The notes under the pieces are model-generated. The model was given only the letters and a program-made list of their open reading frames with translations. It did no database searches and was not told the DNA's origin. From the NCBI GenBank assembly GCA_046350695.1, contig JAXLZX010000003.1, positions 2,236 through 66,235 of the forward strand: 64,000 bases of DNA, given 5' to 3'. Positions 1 to 9,008 of the stretch are shown one piece after another (the stretch's first letter is position 1; every line of letters starts with the position of its first letter). The stretch is from Candidatus Saccharimonadales bacterium (GTDB taxonomy: Bacteria; Patescibacteriota; Saccharimonadia; Saccharimonadales; JACQNP01). A program made the translations under genes and the position numbers.

Positions 1-7
1 CAACCAT

Positions 8-601
8 ATGCAACCAGAACATGAAATGGATCCCAAGAATCTTACTGCATTGGGAAAAAACCTATTAAATTTAATTGAGTTTGACGAAAACGAAGTGCTT
101 GTCGACGAAATCCGCAAGCATTGGTTTGGCCTTTTCGTTATTTACTTTTTTGGCATTACGGCATCTTTTATAACTATTATTATTTTTGCAATCTTGCCAG
201 GTACATTTAAGAGCGAGGAACTTCAAATTAATCTTACTGCTTATGCACCCCTATTGGCTGTCATCGGCCTGATATTCGTCACTATGTTAGTAATTTCAAC
301 ATTCATCGCGTCGTACCTTTATAAAAATGATGTGATAATTGTTACCAATGAGAAAATTGCACAGGTCTTATACAAGACTATTTTTAACCGCAAAATTTCT
401 CAATTAAGCATAGGTGATGTGCAGGACGTATCTGTAGCGCAGGTAGGTATATTCCCGAGGATTTTTAAGTACGGTACCATTGTTATAGAGACAGCCGGCG
501 AGCAAGAGAACTATAAATTTACATATGTTCCCGATCCTTATAGAAGAGCTAAGCACATCGTCGGTTCTCACGAAAAGAATCTTGTACGTTACGGAAATTA
601 G
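8..601 (+). CDS. membrane protein with C-terminal bacterial PH-like (bPH_2/DUF304, YdbT-like) domain
   Basis: 197-aa ORF. Two N-terminal hydrophobic helices (FGLFVIYFFGITASFITIIIFAIL and LLAVIGLIFVTMLVISTFIASYL) are followed by a soluble domain of about 90 aa, the usual layout of this family. Confidence 0.5.
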   Translation: MQPEHEMDPKNLTALGKNLLNLIEFDENEVLVDEIRKHWFGLFVIYFFGITASFITIIIFAILPGTFKSEELQINLTAYAPLLAVIGLIFVTMLVISTFIASYLYKNDVIIVTNEKIAQVLYKTIFNRKISQLSIGDVQDVSVAQVGIFPRIFKYGTIVIETAGEQENYKFTYVPDPYRRAKHIVGSHEKNLVRYGN

Positions 602-603
602 AC

Positions 604-882
604 TTATTCACTAAAGGGATTATTGCGAGCATCTTCAAACAAACTCTGAACTTCGACATTCTGATCCTTAAGTTGTTGAATTTTGGCTATAGCATCTTCA
701 TCGAGTTTTGGAATCTGCGCTTGTTGGTACTCTGGCTCAGCAGTAGAATATCTTCCAATTTGTATTATAAGAAAACTAAAAATCAAAACTAAAAATACCA
801 AGAAAAATTCGAGCTTATATCTTTTGAAAATGTCAGTTATTTTTGGTATTAGCTTGGTTATGTTGTTTACATCTATATTCAT
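604..882 (-). CDS. small single-pass membrane protein, last gene of the pilus operon
   Basis: 92-aa ORF with one TM helix (FFLVFLVLIFSFLIIQI). Its start overlaps the stop of the pilO-like gene by 4 nt (translational coupling). No recognisable family. Confidence 0.4.
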   Translation of the reverse strand: MNIDVNNITKLIPKITDIFKRYKLEFFLVFLVLIFSFLIIQIGRYSTAEPEYQQAQIPKLDEDAIAKIQQLKDQNVEVQSLFEDARNNPFSE

Positions 883-1523
883 GGCTTTATAAATACGTTA
901 ATTTTCACTGTGAAGGTTAAGGTTTCTAGGTTATTGGTACTTGGTGAGATATCAAGAGATGATACTTGGGCAGTTCTCCTATTGTTCTCCAGGGCAGTTA
1001 AGAAATTAATTAGGCTGGCGTATGTAATTGTCGAGTTTGTTTTCTCCGACTCAATTGTGAGTTCAAGCTTGTAGACTCCTTTCAGGCCATCTGCTGGTAA
1101 AACCTGTGATATAGGTGGAGCTGCAGGTTTTTGTGTGCTTTGATCTGAAGACTCGCCTTCGGTTGTAGTTGTCTTTGGGGGTGTTATCCCCAGGGTAGAA
1201 GTTGGAAAATCAATGCTTGAAATTTTTATTCCGTTTTGTTCGGCAATATTAATGATTTCCCTGATAGATTTTGCTTGGTCTTTATCTTTTGGAACTATTT
1301 TCTTAGAGATGCTATCTAGCTCTGCGTATTTTTCTATGTCTTTTTTGGCTAGAGTCAGTGCTTTTTTTTGCTCATCTATTGTGTTTTTCTCTAACTTTAA
1401 TTGCACCAAACTATCTGAAGTTTTCTTCAGTAAGATATTTCCACTATAAACAGCTGCTCCTGTTCCTATGACAAGTAGCACAATGAGTCCAAGTAGGCCA
1501 AAATATACTTTTTTTGCACTCAT
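879..1523 (-). CDS. pilO: type IV pilus assembly protein PilO-like
   Basis: 214 aa with an N-terminal TM helix, a coiled-coil segment and a C-terminal globular part. It sits immediately after pilM-pilN with 4-nt overlaps. Confidence 0.5.
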   Translation of the reverse strand: MSAKKVYFGLLGLIVLLVIGTGAAVYSGNILLKKTSDSLVQLKLEKNTIDEQKKALTLAKKDIEKYAELDSISKKIVPKDKDQAKSIREIINIAEQNGIKISSIDFPTSTLGITPPKTTTTEGESSDQSTQKPAAPPISQVLPADGLKGVYKLELTIESEKTNSTITYASLINFLTALENNRRTAQVSSLDISPSTNNLETLTFTVKINVFIKP

Positions 1524-2125
1524 TTCTTATCCTTATCTATGAATAAAAACGAATTATTTTTAGCAAACAAAGCCCTGACAGTTACTTTGCATGGATAGGT
1601 AGTTTCAACTAGATTGTCAGTTGTTGGAGTACTGCTACATTCAGTGCTTACAATATCTGCTTTTTCAAAGATTTTATTATTTGGGTCCTGTAGATTTAGC
1701 TGAACCTGGGATGCGGTATTATAATCTTTTGCTCTTGCAATTAGGTCAATGCCTCCCGATAATTGATTAATACTAAGGCCTGTTAGCACTGTTCCATCTG
1801 GCATTACTTTACCGATCTGGGTCACTACTTTAGAAAATAAAATTTGTTTAGACAGAACATTAACTGCGAGCTTTACGTTGTCGCTAATTTCTTGAGCACG
1901 CGCCTGGGTTTCTTCTAATTTTTGTTCTTTAAGTTGCGTTTTTCCTTCGTCAATCTGACTGGCGTAGGTTTTTTTTGACTGATTAAGATATAGCTGCCCT
2001 ACTAGTACCACGAAGAAGACGCCGATAATGACAAAAGCAAAAGCCGTAACCCAACTAATTAAAACAGTATTTTTTCGAGCGTAAGCTATGTCAGATTTAA
2101 TATCAGGAGGTAACAGGTTTATCAT
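1520..2125 (-). CDS. pilN: type IV pilus assembly protein PilN
   Basis: Starts MINLLPPDIK (the PilN INLLP motif), followed by a TM helix and a coiled coil. It is coupled to pilM by a 4-nt overlap. Confidence 0.65.
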   Translation of the reverse strand: MINLLPPDIKSDIAYARKNTVLISWVTAFAFVIIGVFFVVLVGQLYLNQSKKTYASQIDEGKTQLKEQKLEETQARAQEISDNVKLAVNVLSKQILFSKVVTQIGKVMPDGTVLTGLSINQLSGGIDLIARAKDYNTASQVQLNLQDPNNKIFEKADIVSTECSSTPTTDNLVETTYPCKVTVRALFAKNNSFLFIDKDKK

Positions 2126-3183
2126 TTATAAACCTCCTTAGAATCGATTAAGGCAAGTCCGGCTACGGAAACATACATTGATTTTTCTATAGTATTTGGT
2201 GGCTGAAGTTTGCTAAAGTCCAGATGTTGCCAAGGGTCGCACATCCGTGTGGGTAATCTTAGCTTATCTGTTATGTACTCGGAGAGACCCGGTAAATTTG
2301 CACCACCACCCATGGTTACTACTTGGCTGATTTTGCTTTTTGTTGCTGACCTATCTTCGTAATACCGGATTATTCTCTTAATCTCTCTTAAAAGCTGGTC
2401 TAGTAGTGGGGTCAGTGCTTCAGTTATTTCATTTTGTTTCTTGCTTTTACCTAGGCCATATTTGGTTTTAACAATGTGGGATTCCTGGTGACTAATTTTA
2501 AGTTTTTTCGCAATCGAGTCAGTAAAGTTATCCCCTCCACCACTCACTGTGCCAGTTACAATCAATCCTTTATCATAGATAGTAATGTCCGACGAAAGAG
2601 ATCCAAAATCAATTAGTATTGAAGGTAAGTCACTTTGTTCAGCTTGCACAAATAATCTACTGGCGGCGCTTATAGATGTCTCTAGGGTGACTGGCTCGAG
2701 ACCCGAGATATTCATTAGGTCAACGTATGAATTTGATATAATTTTTGGTACAGCAACTACAAACACCTCTAGACCTTTATCACTCTCACTTATTATGTGA
2801 TAATCCATATAAAGATCATCTATTGGCATAGGGATGTACTGCTCCGCCTCTAACAATAATGCTTCATCCAAGTCTTTTTTGCTAAGTTTTGGCAGTGTAA
2901 TCGTCCGATTAAAAGTACGACTAGCTGGAATGGTTGCTGATACTCGCCTAGTACTGATTTCGCCGATTAAATTGTGCTCAAAAAGATCCTTTAGTGCTTT
3001 TGCAATTATCTCGGGCTCAACAATAACACCATTCTTTATGGCCTTAGAGTCAAAATTAGTTGCACCATATCCTGTTATTAATTTATTTTTACCCGTGTTG
3101 TCAACCTGCATTACCTTTAAGCTACTGAATCCTATGTCCAGCCCAAAAATAGGTTTGTCTTGGTAAAAATATGTGTTACTCAT
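2122..3183 (-). CDS. pilM: type IV pilus assembly ATPase-fold protein PilM
   Basis: 353 aa, actin/HSP70-like fold. Motifs GLDIGFSSLKV, LIDFGSLSSD and VVTMGGGANLPGL are typical of PilM. Confidence 0.85.
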   Translation of the reverse strand: MSNTYFYQDKPIFGLDIGFSSLKVMQVDNTGKNKLITGYGATNFDSKAIKNGVIVEPEIIAKALKDLFEHNLIGEISTRRVSATIPASRTFNRTITLPKLSKKDLDEALLLEAEQYIPMPIDDLYMDYHIISESDKGLEVFVVAVPKIISNSYVDLMNISGLEPVTLETSISAASRLFVQAEQSDLPSILIDFGSLSSDITIYDKGLIVTGTVSGGGDNFTDSIAKKLKISHQESHIVKTKYGLGKSKKQNEITEALTPLLDQLLREIKRIIRYYEDRSATKSKISQVVTMGGGANLPGLSEYITDKLRLPTRMCDPWQHLDFSKLQPPNTIEKSMYVSVAGLALIDSKEVYK

Positions 3184-3298
3184 GCCACCCGAAATTAAGC
3201 ATCATTATAATGATTATAGTATAACAGATGTACAGCTGATTGTCCTGAATTCATTCTAAGTTAGTTATATTGATATTTGTAATGTTTATATAGCATAT

Positions 3299-4933
3299 TT
3301 ATGGTGTAGTTAAGACCTCTCTCCAAGCTAGGATGTTATATGTGCTTGTCACAGGGAATTTAGGAGGTGGTGCATATAGTAAGTAATTATCATAGTTTGT
3401 GTCATTTTGCTGGATACCTACACTGGTACTACCGCAGGCTGCAGCGCGTTGAGCGTCGCCACTTGGTGTTATCCAAGTCCATCGCCAGCCATTGACTGCC
3501 ACAGACCCATAAAAATCGAGTACTCGACTAGCACTATTCCAATAGTTAGTCCCAGATGTCATGCAGTTTCCGTTGTATCTATATGGAAATCTGGCTGCTC
3601 CAGTAGTAATTATCGCGGCATGAAGTTTTAGTGGCCATGATCCAACTTTTGGCGCATAAGGTGCAATGAAAAAGTCACTCTGTGCTATCAGCCCAATTAC
3701 ACTTGTTCCGTTTTTCGCTGAATACTCAATATCATCTGCCTGTACAATTCTAGCTGTATTGGTTGTACTTGTAGACTGGCACGATGCGACTATTGTGACA
3801 CGGCCCGTAAAAGGGGATGAAGTTCTTACCCAGACGTTGTCTTCGACAAAAATTACTCCAGAGGGTGGGATGGGATTGTTGGTTCCAGCTCCTTTGGTTA
3901 GCACAGTAGACCAGGTGGAATTGGTCGACACTTCATTAGTAACAGTGTAGCGGTTATAAGTATTCCCGGTAAGCTCAATCAGGTATCCGTTTTTGGAGTC
4001 ACTATTATTATCATGATTAGGATTATTGCTGCCACAGTTTCCGTCTGGTTTTATATATGCAGCGGTGGGAGCAACAGATGTTTGCGTTGCGCAGTCTGTT
4101 ATTCCGCTAGTTGATGGGTAATCGGCAGTAGCTACAAGTTTTAGCTTACACCTGTCTGCTTGGAGTTTATTGAAGTCTACGCTGGCAGCAGGAAAGCGCC
4201 AGAGTCCGTATCCGTTACCCGTGGTTTTCGTTGCGCAGTTAGTTGCGCTATCTGAGCACCACACACCTTTATGAATAGTAGAAGCTCCGCCATTATTACA
4301 TGACCCTAGAGAGTAATCTGGGTCAGTCATCTGTCTCGGAACGCAGTACGTCGAATTCGAACTAGTAATTTCATCAGTAAAGCCACCTTCTTTCCTAATA
4401 CCAACATTAGAATGGACTCTTCCGTTTGAATCTTCACCATTGGCAAACCATATGGCTATGTTAGCTGTTAGGGCGTTTGCTGCAAACGATGGTGCGCCAA
4501 GGTCAGCCTCTATAGTACGGGTGGAGTCTCCCGATGCGGTTGTCCCTATAGAACGAACCGTTGCTATTGTAGAACCAGCCGACTTAGGCTTAACATACAG
4601 CGTGTACTTGCCAACGACGTTTCCATTATCGTCCTTATAGTCATGTGCAAACGGCCCATAAAAACCAGCATATTTGCCGCTTGCTATCATTGTTGCCGAT
4701 GGGTTACCATCTTTGAAATCAGAGCCATCATGACTTAGGTGCCATAAGTAGTAATTGATACCTGCATCAGAGATATTAAACGCGAGCTGACTCTGATTAT
4801 TTCTGACAGCAGCACCTAAGTTTAAATGGATGACACTTAGAGCTGAACTTATTATTATGCCCATAGCTACCATTACACCAATTACCCACATGAGAACCGC
4901 GCCTGAGCTGTCGTGTTTGATTTTGTGTTTCAT
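3299..4933 (-). CDS. large pilus-associated protein with PilX-like N-terminal hydrophobic segment
   Basis: 544 aa. The N-terminus GAVLMWVIGVMVAMGIIISSALSV resembles PilX/pseudopilin anchors but lacks Glu at +5. The rest is Cys-, Asn- and Thr-rich and looks extracellular. It overlaps the upstream minor pilin gene by 4 nt. Confidence 0.5.
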   Translation of the reverse strand: MKHKIKHDSSGAVLMWVIGVMVAMGIIISSALSVIHLNLGAAVRNNQSQLAFNISDAGINYYLWHLSHDGSDFKDGNPSATMIASGKYAGFYGPFAHDYKDDNGNVVGKYTLYVKPKSAGSTIATVRSIGTTASGDSTRTIEADLGAPSFAANALTANIAIWFANGEDSNGRVHSNVGIRKEGGFTDEITSSNSTYCVPRQMTDPDYSLGSCNNGGASTIHKGVWCSDSATNCATKTTGNGYGLWRFPAASVDFNKLQADRCKLKLVATADYPSTSGITDCATQTSVAPTAAYIKPDGNCGSNNPNHDNNSDSKNGYLIELTGNTYNRYTVTNEVSTNSTWSTVLTKGAGTNNPIPPSGVIFVEDNVWVRTSSPFTGRVTIVASCQSTSTTNTARIVQADDIEYSAKNGTSVIGLIAQSDFFIAPYAPKVGSWPLKLHAAIITTGAARFPYRYNGNCMTSGTNYWNSASRVLDFYGSVAVNGWRWTWITPSGDAQRAAACGSTSVGIQQNDTNYDNYLLYAPPPKFPVTSTYNILAWREVLTTP

Positions 4934-5538
4934 AGATTAGTTTTCTTATTCCTTAGGTTAACTGTTAGAGTTGTGCTGTTGATGTTCGTAGAGTTTGTAC
5001 CATAGGGCTTAACATTTAAGTTAATTCTAACACTGCGAATCGCGTTAATACTTGTTGAATCTATAGGCAGAGGAATCTTTGTTCCGTTAGCATCCAGGTA
5101 TTCGAATGTATCAACGCCGGACTTTTTGTAAAAACTATTAACAATTGGAACAACTTTTGTTTGAGCTGTTAGTAGTGTGCCTGTCGGGTAGTCGGCGGTC
5201 ATTGGCACCACAGTTGCACGGAGCAGAGTGTTGGTATTAGTTAAATCGTAAGTAATTTTCGAAGTGTATTGTTCATTTGGTGCAAAGTATGAGTAGCCAA
5301 CAATTCTATCGGCTTCTGCCGTTTCTATAAATTTGATACCTCTGACTACGCTCGCAATTCTCTGTGAGTTATTAGTTATCTCGTTATATGCGATTCCATC
5401 GGCCTGTAACTTAAAGAACTGATTAGTGGTTGACCCAAAAAAACTGAATATGACCATACTTATTATTGCTACACCGATAATAACAACAAGCAATTCAGTG
5501 ATCGAGAATCCATTTTGATCCAAACTACGGTGAGACAT
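4930..5538 (-). CDS. minor pilin / pseudopilin (prepilin-type N-terminal cleavage/methylation domain)
   Basis: Contains NGFSITELLVVIIGVAIISMVIF, i.e. a G|FxxxE prepilin signal followed by a hydrophobic helix. Confidence 0.7.
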   Translation of the reverse strand: MSHRSLDQNGFSITELLVVIIGVAIISMVIFSFFGSTTNQFFKLQADGIAYNEITNNSQRIASVVRGIKFIETAEADRIVGYSYFAPNEQYTSKITYDLTNTNTLLRATVVPMTADYPTGTLLTAQTKVVPIVNSFYKKSGVDTFEYLDANGTKIPLPIDSTSINAIRSVRINLNVKPYGTNSTNINSTTLTVNLRNKKTNL

Positions 5539-7063
5539 TTATCCCTCCTTTGGTGTCACTCCAGAAGGGTATAGTTAGTGCTCCTCCAGAATTTGATATT
5601 TCGAGATACTTCATGCCGGTAGTGGCGCCAGAAAGATCAATGTTGCAGTCCATTTGTGTCCCTCCAGACGAGGAGGAATCGAGACAACTTGCAGTATAAG
5701 TTGGACCTGATTCAACACGGAAAGATACGCTGGTCGCGCAGCTAGATACAGAACAGGTGAGGTTTTGTCCTCTGAGTGTGAAGTCTATGTTACTTAAGTC
5801 AGATGAGGAACTTATATCACTTGGAGAAAGAGTAGAAACTACAGGCAGGTTCATGTTTGTTGTGAGTATTAGTCTAACGTACTGAGTATAACCACTGAAT
5901 AGGGGAAGTGAAGAGGTATAGTTCGGTATCATAATATTATCGAAAGAATGATCACCAGAGCTTGCTACGGCTGCCACTAACCTGTAGCCTGAACAACCTG
6001 TTGTTCTGTCATCCCCGCAAAAGAAATAGGGTCCAGGCGTAAGATCGTTGTAATAAGCAAGGCCAGTGGTAGGGTCAGTAACCTTGGCAGTGTCACTGTA
6101 ATAATATTCGGTGTCGTACGGTGGATCGGTATCATTATATTTTTTGTAGCCGCCCTTAATATTGATACTAACGCCACCTATTGGATTTCCGCTCGTATCC
6201 ACTGTACTTACGATTAAACTGTTGTTTGTTTTCGGCCTCAGAGTAAGAGTAACGGAAGATCCTGTTTGTGTCAGTACGCTTTGATTTTCGTAGTAAGGAG
6301 TTAAACCTCCCGACGAAGCTATTGTCTGTAGTGAAGAAAAACCAGACTTACTAGCAGTCACGATGTAATCTTTGGCGGTATCTGGAGGAAGTCCGTAGAA
6401 TATAGCGTTACCACTAGAGTCTGTGCTGTCAGATACATTTACCGCTGGTGCAGTAGTAGAGTTTTGAACTTGAACGGTTGCTCCGCTTATGGGGCTACCG
6501 CTATCGTCAACTACTAGAACGCTCAATGCACCGGTCGTGCTGTTTGTTTCAGCGACGCGCGCCGATATCTGTGTGTCGAGTTCTGATAATTTTTTATCTT
6601 GAAGGCCGTAGACCTTAACATTTACTATTTTATAGTCAGCTGGATTGAGGTCGGTTGCAGGTGCAGTTGCAGGGGCTGGATAGTTACGACATAGCTGCTG
6701 TTTGATTGTTTCGTTAGCATAGTTACCGCAGCCATCAAATGCGTCATCTATATAATTAATACTTGTTTTTACGGTATATGTGTAACTGTTTATAGCAATA
6801 CTTTCTGAATTTGGAAGTGGTGAAGCGTGCACAATCGAACCACCCGCAACAGCTAAGTTGTCATATGGCAATCCTTTTAGTTTTTCTATTTGGTTGGTGG
6901 CAAGTTCGGTTGCGATTGACTTGTGTTTTGCGATGATGGCAGTAGATTGAAGAGTGGTGTATGTGCTGAGTGTAGCGACAGCAATAATGGCTAATACGAC
7001 ACTCGCAACGAGTATTTCAATAATTGTAAACCCAGCGTTCTCCTCGCCCTCTATCTGTTTCAT
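5525..7063 (-). CDS. large minor pilin with carboxypeptidase-regulatory-like (Ig-like) repeats
   Basis: Prepilin signal AGFTIIEILVASVVLAI. Two repeats resemble the carboxypeptidase-regulatory fold (VLVVDDSGSPISGATVQV... and VSTVDTSGNPIGGVSINI...). The start is moved to MKQIEG (7063), because the ORF-track start at 7123 runs into the pilA terminator. Confidence 0.65.
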   Translation of the reverse strand: MKQIEGEENAGFTIIEILVASVVLAIIAVATLSTYTTLQSTAIIAKHKSIATELATNQIEKLKGLPYDNLAVAGGSIVHASPLPNSESIAINSYTYTVKTSINYIDDAFDGCGNYANETIKQQLCRNYPAPATAPATDLNPADYKIVNVKVYGLQDKKLSELDTQISARVAETNSTTGALSVLVVDDSGSPISGATVQVQNSTTAPAVNVSDSTDSSGNAIFYGLPPDTAKDYIVTASKSGFSSLQTIASSGGLTPYYENQSVLTQTGSSVTLTLRPKTNNSLIVSTVDTSGNPIGGVSINIKGGYKKYNDTDPPYDTEYYYSDTAKVTDPTTGLAYYNDLTPGPYFFCGDDRTTGCSGYRLVAAVASSGDHSFDNIMIPNYTSSLPLFSGYTQYVRLILTTNMNLPVVSTLSPSDISSSSDLSNIDFTLRGQNLTCSVSSCATSVSFRVESGPTYTASCLDSSSSGGTQMDCNIDLSGATTGMKYLEISNSGGALTIPFWSDTKGGINVSP

Positions 7064-7121
7064 GAAATGCTTATCCTTATATAAGTATATCAAAAAGGCT
7101 GATTTGCGGTAAGTCGAATAC

Positions 7122-7155
7122 AAAAACAGCCCTTGATTGAAAAGGCTGTTTTTGT
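7122..7155 (-). terminator. intrinsic terminator downstream of pilA (hairpin is symmetric, A-run and T-run on either side)
   Basis: AAAAACAGCC-(11-12 nt loop)-GGCTGTTTTT lies 26 nt after the pilA stop codon. Confidence 0.6.
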
Positions 7156-7180
7156 TTAACTTATTAACTAGGCTTTTTTA

Positions 7181-7621
7181 CTAGTTCTTCTCACTTGAAG
7201 AAACAGTAGTAGTTGCACCAGAAACCTCGCTCCAGTAAGTGATTGTTAGCTTTGGAGCCCCTGCCGTAGAGCTAAGTGTATATTGATATACATCACTTGT
7301 TGCCGATGGTGCTGTTGTTGCACAGTTACTACCAGATGCTCCTTTTGGCGCATGAACGCTACTCGCATTTAGACCCGATATAGCTGTAAGCGTAGCACAG
7401 TCAGCGGGGTATGTACCGGCGTTTGTTGCATCAGACGCATAATATGCTTCTGCGGTTGACATCATTGCTTTAGTGTCTGCGGCACGCTCTGTGTCACGAG
7501 CTTTTCGGGTCACGTTCCCATAAGAAACGAAAGCAATCATCGCTAATATACCAATGACCACAATCACTATCAAAAGCTCAACGATTGTAAAACCTTTGCC
7601 ATTTAATCTTTTAATTTTCAT
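7181..7621 (-). CDS. pilA: major type IV pilin
   Basis: MKIKRLNGKGFTIVELLIVIVVIGILAMIAF is a classic G|FTxxE prepilin leader. The gene is short (146 aa), has its own promoter and terminator, and has the SD GGGGGTGG upstream of the ATG at 7621. Confidence 0.8.
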   Translation of the reverse strand: MKIKRLNGKGFTIVELLIVIVVIGILAMIAFVSYGNVTRKARDTERAADTKAMMSTAEAYYASDATNAGTYPADCATLTAISGLNASSVHAPKGASGSNCATTAPSATSDVYQYTLSSTAGAPKLTITYWSEVSGATTTVSSSEKN

Positions 7622-7722
7622 AAGTGTTGCCACCCCCTATGTTTTATATTTACATGATTAATTATTTTTAACTATTACATGTTTGCTGCGATAAGCAAAT
7701 TACAGCATGTAACTTGCTTATG

Positions 7723-7750
7723 ATTATAGCTCAGGAAACCCCTAAGTCAA
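7723..7750 (-). promoter_or_regulatory. sigma70-type promoter for pilA
   Basis: The minus strand reads TTGACT (7750-7745), a 16-nt spacer, then TATAAT (7728-7723). This gives a leader of about 95 nt containing the hairpin ATAAGCAA-N15-TTGCTTAT (7691-7721). Confidence 0.5.
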
Positions 7751-7789
7751 CAATAACTTTTATCCATATTAATTAGTAAGTATAGTTTG

Positions 7790-9007
7790 TTATTTAATAT
7801 TACTACTAAGAGACGCTATTGGGCCCATAACGCTAGCGGCAACTAATCCGACCATACCACCCAATACCACAATCATTAATGGCTCGATTATAGAGCTTAG
7901 GCCGTCAATCGTAGCGTCTACTTCTTCTTCGTAGAAATCGGCAACTTTCACTAAAATTATATCGATCTCCCCAGTTTCTTCTCCGATTGCAATCATTTGG
8001 CTTACAATCTTCGGAAAGTGTGGGCTTTGACTTAACGGTTCCGAAAGTTGATGACCAGCTTTAACTTCTGCCGCTGCCTCTAGGAGTTCCTTTTCGATTA
8101 CTTTATTGCCAATAGCTCCTGCGGTTACTTGCAATGAGTCAAGTATTGTCACGCCTGCAGCTAGCAGACTAGAGAAAGTTCTGGCAAACCGGGCGATTGC
8201 GATTTTCGAAATAACTTCTTTCAACACAGGTATTCTTAATAGCAGGGAGTGAAGTTGGTACTTTCCTTTAGGGGTTTTTACATATCTATTTAATACGTAG
8301 ATTATTATTGCCGTAAGGATAATTATTGGGATAGCATATTTTTTTGAGAACGCGCTTATGATTAACATGGCTTGTGTCAGAGGAGGGAGTTTTGCGTCCG
8401 GTCCCCCGAGATCCAGTAGAATTGCGCCAATTTTCGGTACGATGACATTCATTACACCAAAGAATGCTATTAGTGTTATACCACCTACGACTTTAGGATA
8501 AGTTGACGCACTTTTAATCTTTTTTCTGATTGTTTCATTTTTTTCCATTTGAGTGGCCAAACGTTTAAGGATTTCATCCAAAATACCGCCTTCTTCTCCA
8601 GCTTTTACCATATTAACGAAAACATCATTGAATACATTCGGAAACTTTTCCAAGGACTCACCGATTGATTGACCGCCTTCAACGTCATGCTGTACGCTGT
8701 TTATCACTTTCTTGAAGTATTTGTTTTCACTTTGGTCTTCAAGTGTAGCTAGGGCCCCTGTAAGTGGCACGCCAGCGGACACCATAGTAGATAGCTGACG
8801 AGTAAAAATGACTAAGTCTCTAGAGGTTACCTTTTTTTTGGTGAGAAGCTTAAGCCCGGCTCCTTTCGGTGTACTCAAGGACACCGAAAGTGGTGACATT
8901 TCCAATTTTTTTAGTCTATCAAGAACTACTTGTTTCGAGGAGGCTTCTATAACACCGGTTTTCTTTTTCCCGTCGCTAGTTACTGCGCTGTATTTGTAGG
9001 TTGCCAT
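7790..9007 (-). CDS. pilC: type IV pilus platform protein PilC (GspF family)
   Basis: 405 aa with two repeated GspF-type domains and three TM segments. It lies directly downstream of pilB. Confidence 0.9.
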   Translation of the reverse strand: MATYKYSAVTSDGKKKTGVIEASSKQVVLDRLKKLEMSPLSVSLSTPKGAGLKLLTKKKVTSRDLVIFTRQLSTMVSAGVPLTGALATLEDQSENKYFKKVINSVQHDVEGGQSIGESLEKFPNVFNDVFVNMVKAGEEGGILDEILKRLATQMEKNETIRKKIKSASTYPKVVGGITLIAFFGVMNVIVPKIGAILLDLGGPDAKLPPLTQAMLIISAFSKKYAIPIIILTAIIIYVLNRYVKTPKGKYQLHSLLLRIPVLKEVISKIAIARFARTFSSLLAAGVTILDSLQVTAGAIGNKVIEKELLEAAAEVKAGHQLSEPLSQSPHFPKIVSQMIAIGEETGEIDIILVKVADFYEEEVDATIDGLSSIIEPLMIVVLGGMVGLVAASVMGPIASLSSNIK

Positions 9008-9008
9008 T